Shown: piece by piece, positions 45,313 to 54,179 of the stretch | Layout: every line of letters starts with the position of its first letter | Numbering within the stretch: position 1 is the stretch's first letter | Source: a virus | Lineage: Duplodnaviria > Caudoviricetes | Virus record (IMG/VR): IMGVR_UViG_3300021963_000134 | Coordinates: 1 to 62,000 of that record | Length of the DNA: 62,000 nucleotides | Reading direction: 5' to 3' (one strand) | Notes under the pieces: model-generated | Told to the model about the DNA's origin: nothing | What the model saw: the letters and a program-made list of their open reading frames with translations, nothing else | The model's database searches: none | Made by a program: the position numbers and the translations under genes

Positions 45313-45341
45313 TTGCGAACGTTCTGTTGTGCGTTTAAACT
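45313..45341 (+). promoter_or_regulatory. Sigma-70 promoter candidate (possibly leaderless transcript)
   Basis: TTGCGA-N17-TAAACT; ATG at 45348 lies at the expected start site. Confidence 0.45.
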
Positions 45342-45347
45342 CTCGGC

Positions 45348-45530
45348 ATGGTACTGACTTTATCAAATGGAAAAACCTTGGAGCGAGGCGTTGGATGCCC
45401 CACGATGGGTTTGCGTTTACACGCAGTAACCCTTGATTTGGAGGATTTGTACAAACTCCGCAAGATGGATGATGAGCAGATTAAGTTTTGGTTGTCTACG
45501 CTATGCACAAGGTTTGCGCCGCAGGGTTGA
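45348..45530 (+). CDS. Hypothetical protein
   Basis: Fills the gap before the LexA-like gene; no RBS seen. Confidence 0.4.
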   Translation: MVLTLSNGKTLERGVGCPTMGLRLHAVTLDLEDLYKLRKMDDEQIKFWLSTLCTRFAPQG

Positions 45531-45532
45531 TC

Positions 45533-45766
45533 ATGTTGAATGAAAAGCATCAATTGGTTTTGGACTTCATCCGGGCTTATATCAAGCTCCATGGTGTTGC
45601 GCCGTCGTATTCCGTGATTGCCCGGGGACTGGGATTGAAGAGTAAGTCCAACATCCACCGGGTGGTCCACCTCCTGAAGGATGAGGGATTGCTGGTGGTC
45701 AAGCCGTACCAGTTCAATTCGATCAAGCTCATTGACCGCAGTGTCAGAGGGGTCTCTTCTCTATGA
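45533..45766 (+). CDS. LexA-like DNA-binding domain protein (no peptidase domain)
   Basis: VLDFIRAYIKLHGVAPSYSVIARGLGLKSKSNIHRVVHLLKDEG matches the LexA winged HTH; revised start MLNEK. Confidence 0.8.
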   Translation: MLNEKHQLVLDFIRAYIKLHGVAPSYSVIARGLGLKSKSNIHRVVHLLKDEGLLVVKPYQFNSIKLIDRSVRGVSSL

Positions 45767-47259
45767 TGACTCGTCAGGAGGTAGAGAAGTACAGGGAGCT
45801 GATTCCGTTGGTGGATGATCTTGAGAGAGCCAAGATCATGATGCTGTTGGAGTACGACAGGATTGAGAAGTGCAAGGAGTCGTTCATTTACTTCGCCTCC
45901 CACATGTGGCCCGGGTTCATTTCCGGGAAGCACCACCAGATCATGGCCAACGCTTTTGAGCGTGTGGCCAAGGGGGAGTTGAAGAGACTCATCATCAACA
46001 TGCCTCCTCGGCACACCAAGTCCGAGTTTGCTTCGTATCTGCTACCGGCATGGTTTCTCGGGAAGTACCCGGAGAAGAAGATCATCCAGACTGCTCACAC
46101 CGCAGAACTGGCTGTTGGTTTTGGCCGCAAGGTGAGGAACTTGGTCTCCTCTGAGGCCTTCTCCAATGTGTTTGACACCAAACTATCTTCTGACTCCAAG
46201 GCCGCAGGAAGGTGGAACACCCACAAGGGTGGTGATTACTTCGCGATTGGTGTTGGTGGTGCGGTAACCGGTAAGGGTGCTGATCTTTTGATCATTGACG
46301 ACCCCCATTCGGAGCAGGAAGCCAAGCAGGGCAACCCCGCAGTCTTTGACAATGTGTATGAGTGGTACACATCAGGCCCTCGTCAGCGTCTGCAGCCGGG
46401 TGGGGCCATCATTATTGTGATGACGCGCTGGTCAAAGAGAGATTTGACTGGGCAGATTCTCAAAAACTCGGAAAAAGACGGTGTAAACGAGTGGGAAGTC
46501 ATCGAATTCCCCGCAATTTTGCCGTCTGGAACCCCTTTATGGCCCGGATTTTGGAAGAAAGAGGAGTTGGAGGCCATCAAGGCTGAGATTCCTGTCGCCA
46601 AATGGGAAGCGCAGTACCAACAGAACCCCACATCCGAGGGAAATGCGATCATCAAGCGTGATCACTGGCGGATTTGGGAGTCGGATCAGGCCCCGCAGTG
46701 CGATTACATCATCCAAAGCTGGGATACAGCCTTCGAGAAGTCCAACAGGGCCGACTATTCGGCTTGTACGACGTGGGGAATCTTCCAGCATCCCAATGCC
46801 AACGGGGAAATGAAGCCCAACATCATCTGTCTGGACGCAGTAAAGGCCCGGATGGAGTTCCCTGAGCTGAAACAAAAGGCGCTTGAGATGTACAAGGAGT
46901 GGGAGCCGGATACCCTGATTGTGGAAAAGAAGGCCGCTGGCGCTCCTTTGATCTATGAGCTTCGGCAGATGGGAATTCCGCTTTCGGAGTACACACCGGG
47001 CAAAGGAAGCGATAAGATTGCGCGTGTAAACGCAATCTCAGACCTTTTTGCCTCCGGAGTTGTTTGGTGCCCTGAAACAAGATGGGCAGATGAATTGATC
47101 GAAGAGTTGGCTGCTTTCCCAAACGGGGACCATGACGACCTTGTTGACTCATCGAGCCAAGCGCTTCTCAGATTCAGAAGAGGCGGGTTCATCTCGATAG
47201 ATTCGGATGAGCCTGAAGAGAAGCGCTATTTCCGCCGCAGAAGCGGTGGGTTTTATTAA
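45763..47259 (+). CDS. terL: Terminase large subunit
   Basis: INMPPRHTKS, LLIIDDP, MTRW, AQYQQNP, SWDTA, HDDLVDS. Confidence 0.95.
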   Translation: MMTRQEVEKYRELIPLVDDLERAKIMMLLEYDRIEKCKESFIYFASHMWPGFISGKHHQIMANAFERVAKGELKRLIINMPPRHTKSEFASYLLPAWFLGKYPEKKIIQTAHTAELAVGFGRKVRNLVSSEAFSNVFDTKLSSDSKAAGRWNTHKGGDYFAIGVGGAVTGKGADLLIIDDPHSEQEAKQGNPAVFDNVYEWYTSGPRQRLQPGGAIIIVMTRWSKRDLTGQILKNSEKDGVNEWEVIEFPAILPSGTPLWPGFWKKEELEAIKAEIPVAKWEAQYQQNPTSEGNAIIKRDHWRIWESDQAPQCDYIIQSWDTAFEKSNRADYSACTTWGIFQHPNANGEMKPNIICLDAVKARMEFPELKQKALEMYKEWEPDTLIVEKKAAGAPLIYELRQMGIPLSEYTPGKGSDKIARVNAISDLFASGVVWCPETRWADELIEELAAFPNGDHDDLVDSSSQALLRFRRGGFISIDSDEPEEKRYFRRRSGGFY

Positions 47260-47268
47260 GGATTCGAT

Positions 47269-49731
47269 ATGGCAGCATCAGACATGTTCCCCGGCATTGG
47301 CGGAGCCCCATTGGGCTTGGAAGACATTGCGCAGGACGAAACCCCCGCAATCGAGATCATGATTGAGAACCCTGATGATGTCCAAATCGGCATCGATGGA
47401 ATGATGATTGACCTGATGCCGGAAGAGGAAAGCATCCCGTTTGATGCCAACTTGGCCGAGTACATGGACGAGAGCACCCTCAAGTCCATCGCCAATGAGC
47501 TGATTGAGTTGATCGAGGCAGATGTGACCAGCCGTAAAGACTGGACAGAGATGTACGTCAAAGGCCTCGAGGTCTTGGGCATGCGCTACGAAGAGCGCAC
47601 CGAACCTTGGGATGGCGCTTGTGGGGTGTTCTCCACAGTCCTAACCGAGGCAGCGATCCGCTTCCAGTCCGAGACCATCATCGAGACATTCCCCGCCCAA
47701 GGGCCTGTGAAGACCGAGATCATCGGTGCGATTGACAAGCTCAAGGAAGAAGCCGCAGAGCGAGTTCGTGATGACATGAACTACAAACTGACGGAGCAGA
47801 TGCCTGAGTACCGCCCAGAGCATGAGCGCATGCTGTTCAACTTGGGTCTGGCTGGCGCTGCGTTCAAGAAGGTCTATTTCGACCCAAGCCTTGGCCGTCA
47901 AGCCTCTGTCTTCATCCCCGCAGAAGACATCATCATCCCCTACGGCGCGTCTAATGCGCGTACCGCAGAGCGCATCACCCACACGATGCGCAAGACCAAG
48001 AACGACATCCGCAAGCTCCAAGTCGCAGGCTTCTACCGCGACATCGACCTCGGCGAACCCGTCACTTTCCACAGCGACATCGAGAAGAAAAAGGCCGAGG
48101 ACCAAGGCTACAACCTCAACGATGACAACCGCTACCAGTTGTTTGAGACCTGCGTTGACTTCGACCTGCCCGGCCATGAGGACGAGGACGGCATCGCCCT
48201 TCCTTACGTCGTCACCATCGACCGCTCTACCCAGAACATTCTGGCCATCCGCAGAAACTGGAAAGAGACCGACGAACTCAAACTGCGCCGTCAGCACTTC
48301 GTGGACTATTGCTACGTCCCCGGTTTCGGCGTGTATGGCCTTGGCCTGATCCACATCATCGGCGGCTATGCCCGTGCCGGTACATCCTTGATTCGCCAAC
48401 TGATTGACGCAGGCACATTGTCCAACCTGCCCGGCGGTTTGAAGGCTCGCGGTCTGCGCATCAAGGGTGATGACACCCCAATCCAGCCCGGCGAGTTCCG
48501 TGACGTGGATGTGCCATCTGGCACAGTGCGCGACAACATCATGACGCTGCCCTATAAGGAACCTTCACAAGTTCTGATGGGTCTCCTGAACCAGATCACC
48601 GACGAAGCTCGCCGTCTGGGTTCCGTGGCCGACATGAAGGTCAGCGACATGAGCGCCAACGCGCCCGTGGGCACTACACTGGCCATCCTTGAGCGTCAAC
48701 TCAAGACCATGTCTGCTGTGCAGGCTCGTGTCCACTACTCGATGAAGCAGGAATTCAAGCTGCTCAAAGAGATCATCCGCGACAACACCCCGGGTGAGTA
48801 CGAGTACATCCCGGTCGAGGGCAACACAAAGGCCAAGCGTGCTGACTACGACATGGTGGAAGTCATCCCCGTGTCGGACCCCAACAGCGCGACCATGGCC
48901 CAGCGGATCATGCAGTACCAAGCTGCGATCCAGTTGGCTCAGGGCGCTCCTCAGATTTACGACTTGCCGCAGTTGCACCGCCAGATGCTGGAGGTGTTGG
49001 GCATTAAGAATGCTGAGAAGCTCGTGCCGATTGAGGACGACATGAAGCCACGCGACCCGATCAGCGAGAACATGGCTTTCTTGACCGGCAAGCCCACCAA
49101 GGCCTTCATCTACCAAGACCACGACGCGCACATCGCCGTCCACTCTTCGATGATGCAAGACCCCATGGTCATGGGTCAGATGGGTCAAAACCCCATGGCC
49201 CAGCAGATGCAGGCCTCAATCATGGCCCACATCGCCGAGCACGTTGCATTCCAGTACCGCAACCAAATCCAAGAGCGCCTCGGCGCAACCTTGCCAGCAC
49301 CCAACGCAGAGTTGCCAGAGCAGGTCGAGGTTCAGTTGGCCAAGTTGGTCGCCCAAGCAGCTCAGCAGCTCACCCAGATTCACCAAGGTGAAGCAGCTCA
49401 GAAGCAAGCGCAGCAACAACAGCAAGACCCCATCGTGCAGATGCAGCAGCAAGAGCTGCAGATCAAGATGCAGGAAGCTCAGATCAAGGCCCAGAAGGTT
49501 CAGGGCGATCTGGCTATCAAGCAGGCAGAGCTGCAAATGAAAATGCAACAGGCAAGCCAAGGCTCAAACCCTCAGCTCGAGGCAGAGCAGGCCATGATGG
49601 AAATGCAAATCCAGCAGCAAGAGCATGCATTGAAGATGCAGCAAGAGCAGGAAAAGCACCAAATGAGGATGATCCAAGAGCGTGACAAAGCCATGCTCAA
49701 GGCCATGCAACCACAAAATCCGGCTGCGTAA
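47269..49731 (+). CDS. Portal protein with Gln-rich C-terminal coiled coil (P22-like)
   Basis: 820 aa directly after terL; FKKVYFD, RQLIDAGTLSNLP motifs. Confidence 0.85.
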   Translation: MAASDMFPGIGGAPLGLEDIAQDETPAIEIMIENPDDVQIGIDGMMIDLMPEEESIPFDANLAEYMDESTLKSIANELIELIEADVTSRKDWTEMYVKGLEVLGMRYEERTEPWDGACGVFSTVLTEAAIRFQSETIIETFPAQGPVKTEIIGAIDKLKEEAAERVRDDMNYKLTEQMPEYRPEHERMLFNLGLAGAAFKKVYFDPSLGRQASVFIPAEDIIIPYGASNARTAERITHTMRKTKNDIRKLQVAGFYRDIDLGEPVTFHSDIEKKKAEDQGYNLNDDNRYQLFETCVDFDLPGHEDEDGIALPYVVTIDRSTQNILAIRRNWKETDELKLRRQHFVDYCYVPGFGVYGLGLIHIIGGYARAGTSLIRQLIDAGTLSNLPGGLKARGLRIKGDDTPIQPGEFRDVDVPSGTVRDNIMTLPYKEPSQVLMGLLNQITDEARRLGSVADMKVSDMSANAPVGTTLAILERQLKTMSAVQARVHYSMKQEFKLLKEIIRDNTPGEYEYIPVEGNTKAKRADYDMVEVIPVSDPNSATMAQRIMQYQAAIQLAQGAPQIYDLPQLHRQMLEVLGIKNAEKLVPIEDDMKPRDPISENMAFLTGKPTKAFIYQDHDAHIAVHSSMMQDPMVMGQMGQNPMAQQMQASIMAHIAEHVAFQYRNQIQERLGATLPAPNAELPEQVEVQLAKLVAQAAQQLTQIHQGEAAQKQAQQQQQDPIVQMQQQELQIKMQEAQIKAQKVQGDLAIKQAELQMKMQQASQGSNPQLEAEQAMMEMQIQQQEHALKMQQEQEKHQMRMIQERDKAMLKAMQPQNPAA

Positions 49732-49754
49732 ACGCCGGGCAGTAAAGGAGAAAG

Positions 49755-49955
49755 ATGGACGAAAAGGTTTTGCAGCACCTCAACAAGAAACTTGAGGAGC
49801 GCGTCGTATCTCTTGTCGAATTTATGGCGGACGGAGGATGCAAGTCCTACGACCACTATAAAGAACTGTGCGGAACTATCCGAGGTCTCCGAGCCGCACA
49901 GTCAGAAACCGGTGACCTCGTGCGAAAACTGAAAGAGTATGACAATGACGACTAA
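49755..49955 (+). CDS. Small conserved head-module protein
   Basis: AAGGAG RBS; Y...CG.IRGL motif. Confidence 0.6.
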   Translation: MDEKVLQHLNKKLEERVVSLVEFMADGGCKSYDHYKELCGTIRGLRAAQSETGDLVRKLKEYDNDD

Positions 49956-50346
49956 CTTTGATGTTCAGGCGGTTGATCTGTCTGGCCTTCTCAACAAGCC
50001 CGTTGAGGACAAGGCCAAGCAGGTTCCTGATCCCGCCACTTTCCATTTGCTTTGCATGCTTCCTGAAGCTCAGGAGGAGTACGAAGGCGGATTGCTGAAA
50101 GCTGGGCAGACCATGCAATTTGAAGAGTTGCTGTCTCCAGTCCTTTTCGTGGCCAAGATGGGTCCCGATGCGTTCAAGGACGAAAAGCGTTTCCCGAGCG
50201 GCCCAAGCTGCAAGGTCGGCGACTTTGTAATCGTGCGCCCCAACACCGGCACCCGGATGAAAATCCACGGCACCGAGTGGCGGATCATCAACGATGACTC
50301 TGTCGAGGCGGTTGTGCAAGACCCTCGCGGCATCCAGCGCGTTTAA
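49939..50346 (+). CDS. GroES-like co-chaperonin
   Basis: CKVGDFVIVRPNTGTRMKIHGTEWRIINDDSVEAVV matches the GroES C-terminal strands. Confidence 0.75.
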   Translation: MTMTTNFDVQAVDLSGLLNKPVEDKAKQVPDPATFHLLCMLPEAQEEYEGGLLKAGQTMQFEELLSPVLFVAKMGPDAFKDEKRFPSGPSCKVGDFVIVRPNTGTRMKIHGTEWRIINDDSVEAVVQDPRGIQRV

Positions 50347-50355
50347 GGAGTCACC

Positions 50356-51300
50356 ATGGCTGATTTTGAAAAAACTGAATTTGAGTTCCCCGACGAAGCT
50401 GCAGAAAACCCCCGCAAGGGCGGAGCAGTGGTTGAGCCGGAGGCCGACATTGAAGTCGTAGATGACACGCCCGTTGCGGATCAAAACCGCAAGCCCATGG
50501 CCGAGCCGCCAAAGGACGTGACTGACGACGAGCTGGCCAAGTACGACGAGAGCGTCCAAAAACGCATCAAGCACTTCAGCAAGGGCTACCACGAAGAGCG
50601 TCGGGCCAAAGAGTCTGCTCTGCGGGAACGTGAAGAAGCTCTCCGACTGGCGCAGGCCATCGTCGAGGAGAACAAGAAGCTCAAAGGCTCCTTGAGCGTC
50701 AATCAGAATGCGCTTCTGGAGCAGGCCAAGCGCACTGTCTCGGGTGAGGTGGAAGATGCCAAGCGCAAGTACAAGCAAGCATACGAATCTGGCGACTCTG
50801 ATGCATTGGTTGCAGCTCAAGAAGAGCTGACAACTGCCCGGATCAAAGCCGACAAGATCAACAACTTCAAGCCTGTTGCTTTACAGGAAGAAAGAAATGA
50901 GGTACAACAGCCTCAACGAACCTACCAAGAACAGCCTGTTGATCCAAAACTGCTCTCGTGGAAAGACGAGAACGAATGGTTTGGCTCCAACAAGCGAATG
51001 ACGGCTTACGCTCTTGGCCTTCATGAGGACTTGGTAGGAGAGGGTATACCGGCTGGCACTGATGAGTACTATCGTCGTCTCGACAGTGACATCCGGGCAC
51101 GTTTCCCAGATCAGTTTGAGTCAGGGAAGCCGATGGATGCGTCCACTCCATCGCGAGCATCAAACGTTGTCGCACCGGCAACGCGGAGTACTGCGCCCCG
51201 AAAGGTCGTACTTACCAAATCGCAGGTCGAAATCGCCAAGCGGCTGGGTGTTCCTTTGGAACTCTATGCTCGTAAGGTTGCGGAAGAAATGAGGAAATGA
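50356..51300 (+). CDS. Capsid scaffolding protein
   Basis: Acidic N-terminus, long coiled coil, C-terminal LTKSQVEIAKRLGVPLELYA; lies between portal and capsid genes. Confidence 0.7.
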   Translation: MADFEKTEFEFPDEAAENPRKGGAVVEPEADIEVVDDTPVADQNRKPMAEPPKDVTDDELAKYDESVQKRIKHFSKGYHEERRAKESALREREEALRLAQAIVEENKKLKGSLSVNQNALLEQAKRTVSGEVEDAKRKYKQAYESGDSDALVAAQEELTTARIKADKINNFKPVALQEERNEVQQPQRTYQEQPVDPKLLSWKDENEWFGSNKRMTAYALGLHEDLVGEGIPAGTDEYYRRLDSDIRARFPDQFESGKPMDASTPSRASNVVAPATRSTAPRKVVLTKSQVEIAKRLGVPLELYARKVAEEMRK

Positions 51301-51301
51301 A

Positions 51302-51754
51302 ATGACTGAGCAAAATCGTACAAAGCGTGAACTCGATACACGAGTTGCTATGGCCCGCCCCACAAAATGGGCACCTGCGCAGCTTCTGCCCGACCCCACA
51401 CCGGAGCCCGGGTATGCTTATCGTTGGATTCGTGTAAGCACTATGAACGCTGATGATCCGCGTAACATTTCGTCGAAACTCCGCGAGGGATGGGAACCTG
51501 TAAAGGCGTCTGATCACCCAGAGATTCAATTGTTCGGGGAGACCAATGGTCGATTCCCAGATTCAATCTGTGTTGGCGGTCTTCTTCTTTGCAAAACACC
51601 TGCTGAATTCATTGAACAGCGGTCTGCGCACTTTAACCAACAGTCCGAGTCGCAGATGGCATCAGTGGATAACAGCTACATGCGTGAGAGTGATCCTCGT
51701 ATGCCTCTCTTCAAAGAGCGGTCGTCGAAGACTACTTTCGGTAAAGGTATTTAA
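51302..51754 (+). CDS. Conserved head-module protein
   Basis: GYAYRWIR, REGWEPV, GGLLLCK motifs. Confidence 0.6.
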   Translation: MTEQNRTKRELDTRVAMARPTKWAPAQLLPDPTPEPGYAYRWIRVSTMNADDPRNISSKLREGWEPVKASDHPEIQLFGETNGRFPDSICVGGLLLCKTPAEFIEQRSAHFNQQSESQMASVDNSYMRESDPRMPLFKERSSKTTFGKGI

Positions 51755-51771
51755 CTTTTTGGAGTCCAAAC

Positions 51772-52368
51772 ATGGCTTACCCCACCGTTTCGGCACCCTA
51801 CGGCTTGCAAGCTATCAATCGTATTGATGGCATGCCGTACGCAGGTGCATTCCGCCAGATTCCCGTAGCTGCTGGCTTCGGCACCGCCATTTTTGATGGC
51901 GATACCGTTGTGATCAACAGCGATGGCTATCTGGTCAAGTCCACCACAACTGACTCCGGCAACATTGTCGGCGTTTGCGTTGGTGGTTCGTACGTGAACT
52001 CCAGCGGCCAGCCCGTTGAAGGTCAGTACATTCCTGCTCTGGCTTCTACAGCAAGCAACTTGGCCTACGCCTATGTGATCGACGATCCAATGGCTCTGTT
52101 CAAAGTTGCCGTTGTGACCTCGGGCACTACCATGGGCACTGCTGGTCGTACTGTTGTTGGCTCGAACCTTCCTTTGGTTCTGAACGCTGGCAGCACAACC
52201 ACCGGTAACTCTGCTTTCGCTGTCACTTTGACTGGCGCTGGCACTACCGCCACTATCCCTGTGCGTGTTATCGATGTTGTGCCCGAGACAGCTACTGCTG
52301 CCGACACATACACCGAGCTGTTGGTGAAAATCAACACACACCAGTACAACAACACCACTGGTGTTTAA
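51772..52368 (+). CDS. Capsid decoration / minor capsid protein
   Basis: Beta-rich, APYGL..IF.GD.V..DDP; immediately before the major capsid gene. Confidence 0.6.
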   Translation: MAYPTVSAPYGLQAINRIDGMPYAGAFRQIPVAAGFGTAIFDGDTVVINSDGYLVKSTTTDSGNIVGVCVGGSYVNSSGQPVEGQYIPALASTASNLAYAYVIDDPMALFKVAVVTSGTTMGTAGRTVVGSNLPLVLNAGSTTTGNSAFAVTLTGAGTTATIPVRVIDVVPETATAADTYTELLVKINTHQYNNTTGV

Positions 52369-52378
52369 GGAGTAAATC

Positions 52379-53287
52379 ATGGCTATTTCACGCGCACAAC
52401 TGCTCAAGGAATTGCTGCCCGGTCTGAACGCTTTGTTCGGCCTTGAGTACGCCAAATATGGCGAGCAGCACAAAGAAATCTACGAAACCGAGTCCTCGGA
52501 GCGTAGCTTTGAAGAGGAAACCAAGCTGTCTGGCTTCTCCGCCGCTCCGGTGAAGAACGAAGGCGCTGCCATTGCTTATGACAATGCGCAGGAAGCTTGG
52601 ACTGCACGTTACACCCACGAAACCATTGCGATGGGCTTCTCCATCACCGAAGAGGCTGTGGAAGATAACTTGTACGACAGCCTCTCCAGCCGCTACACCA
52701 AGGCTCTGGCCCGTGGTATGGCTTACACCAAGCAGGTCAAAGCTGCTGCTATCTTGAACAGCGGCTTCACCGCTGGCGTAACGTACGGCGACGGCGTTAC
52801 CCTGTTCTCGACTGCTCACCCTCTGATCTCTGGTGGCGTCAACAGCAACCGTCCTGCCACAGCAGCCGACTTGAACGAGACTTCGTTGGAAAACGCCGTC
52901 ATTCAGATCGCAGCTTGGACAGACGAACGCGGTTTGCTGATTGCCGCTAAGCCTAAGAAGCTGGTGGTGCCTCCAGCACTGCAATTCGTTGCAACCCGCT
53001 TGTTGGAAACTGAACTCCGCGTTGGCACTGCCGACAACGACATCAACGCCATCAAGAACAACGGTTCCATCCCCGGTGGTTACACAGTCAACAACTTCTT
53101 GACTGACACCAACGCTTGGTTCCTGTTGACTGATGTGCCCAACGGCCTGAAGCACTTCGTGCGTTCGCCTCTGGCAAACAGCATGGACGGCGACTTCGAC
53201 ACCGGCAACGTCCGTTACAAGGCTCGCGAGCGTTATTCGTTCGGCGTGTCCGACCCTCTGGGTATCTACGGCTCCCCCGGCGCGTAA
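52379..53287 (+). CDS. Major capsid protein
   Basis: AISRAQLLKELLPGLNALFG..RYKARERYSFG.SDP.G; strong codon bias, AAGGAG RBS, followed by a terminator. Confidence 0.88.
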   Translation: MAISRAQLLKELLPGLNALFGLEYAKYGEQHKEIYETESSERSFEEETKLSGFSAAPVKNEGAAIAYDNAQEAWTARYTHETIAMGFSITEEAVEDNLYDSLSSRYTKALARGMAYTKQVKAAAILNSGFTAGVTYGDGVTLFSTAHPLISGGVNSNRPATAADLNETSLENAVIQIAAWTDERGLLIAAKPKKLVVPPALQFVATRLLETELRVGTADNDINAIKNNGSIPGGYTVNNFLTDTNAWFLLTDVPNGLKHFVRSPLANSMDGDFDTGNVRYKARERYSFGVSDPLGIYGSPGA

Positions 53288-53304
53288 GCTCTGGCGGAAA
53301 TCTG

Positions 53305-53332
53305 AAAAGGGCTCCTTCGGGGGCCCTTTTTT
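53305..53332 (+). terminator. Intrinsic terminator after the capsid gene
   Basis: AAAAGGGCTCC-TTCG-GGGGCCCTTTTTT. Confidence 0.85.
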
Positions 53333-53333
53333 G

Positions 53334-53362
53334 TTGCAATGGTTTAAACGCAATGGTATATT
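53334..53362 (+). promoter_or_regulatory. Sigma-70 promoter
   Basis: TTGCAA-N17-TATATT with TG extension; GTTTAAAC in the spacer. Confidence 0.65.
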
Positions 53363-53371
53363 GACCATACC

Positions 53372-53447
53372 CCCGGACTTTTCCGGTGTATCTGACGGCT
53401 CCGGGCCGACGACATGCAGACAGATGCACCTCAACTCGCATGTGAGG
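53372..53447 (+). ncRNA. Pseudoknotted 5' leader RNA (candidate)
   Basis: Three interleaved pairings: 53372-77/53400-05, 53385-94/53421-30, 53412-17/53438-43. Confidence 0.45.
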
Positions 53448-53455
53448 AAATCATC

Positions 53456-53857
53456 ATGAGCAATACGACTTTCAGCGGCCCAGTTCGTTCCGAGAACGGC
53501 TTTCAATCCATCTCCGTCAGCGCCACTACCGGTGCCGTCACAGTGAACTCTTCGTTCGGTACTGACGTTGTTCTGGGCACCCAGTCTCTGTCCGGCGCTG
53601 GCGCAGTTAGCGTCACCAACACTTTCACTGCCCTGACCACCACAGGCGCTGCACAAGCCCTGACGCTGGCCGATGGCACAGCAGGTGAGTTGAAGATCAT
53701 CACCCACGTTGTGGATGGCGGCTCCGCTGTTCTGACTCCCACCACCAAAATCGGTTTCAGCACCATCACCTTCACGGGCGTGGGCGAGTCCGCCACTCTG
53801 GTGTATACCGCTGCCGGTTGGGCCATCGTTGCTCTGAATGGCGCTGTTGCAGCTTAA
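53456..53857 (+). CDS. Virion structural protein (head fibre/decoration-like)
   Basis: GAGG RBS, revised start MSNTTFSGPVRS; T/A/G-rich. Confidence 0.6.
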   Translation: MSNTTFSGPVRSENGFQSISVSATTGAVTVNSSFGTDVVLGTQSLSGAGAVSVTNTFTALTTTGAAQALTLADGTAGELKIITHVVDGGSAVLTPTTKIGFSTITFTGVGESATLVYTAAGWAIVALNGAVAA

Positions 53858-53894
53858 TTGATCTCGGGGGCTTAGGCCCCCGCTTTACAGGAGA

Positions 53895-54179
53895 TTGATT
53901 ATGGGTATGCAAACCGACGTAAAAGCGATTTCGCTGGCGGCTTCTGGTGCCGTCACCGATACCCGCACCCGCGTGCGCAGCATGGTCATCGAGCCCGGCG
54001 CATCTGCTGGCAGCGTGATCCTCAAGGATGGCGGCTCCAGCGGCACAACGCTGTTCACCATCAACACCACTGCCAACGGTGAGACTTTCAACGTCTTGAT
54101 CCCGGCAGAGGGCGTTCTGTGTTTGACCAGTGCCTACGCTACTTTGTCAAACGCAAAGGTGACGGTGTTTTATGGCTGA
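53895..54179 (+). CDS. Small virion structural protein
   Basis: AGGAG RBS; beta-rich, ends VTVFYG. Confidence 0.55.
   Translation: MIMGMQTDVKAISLAASGAVTDTRTRVRSMVIEPGASAGSVILKDGGSSGTTLFTINTTANGETFNVLIPAEGVLCLTSAYATLSNAKVTVFYG

Noticed and set aside
49380-49720. CAG-rich repeat element
   Set aside because: Explained by the Gln-rich portal coiled coil.
52388-53707. Long antisense ORFs (e.g. 439 aa opposite the capsid gene; 49876-50820; 47641-48399)
   Set aside because: Shadow frames caused by strong codon bias of the sense genes; no RBS or protein motifs.
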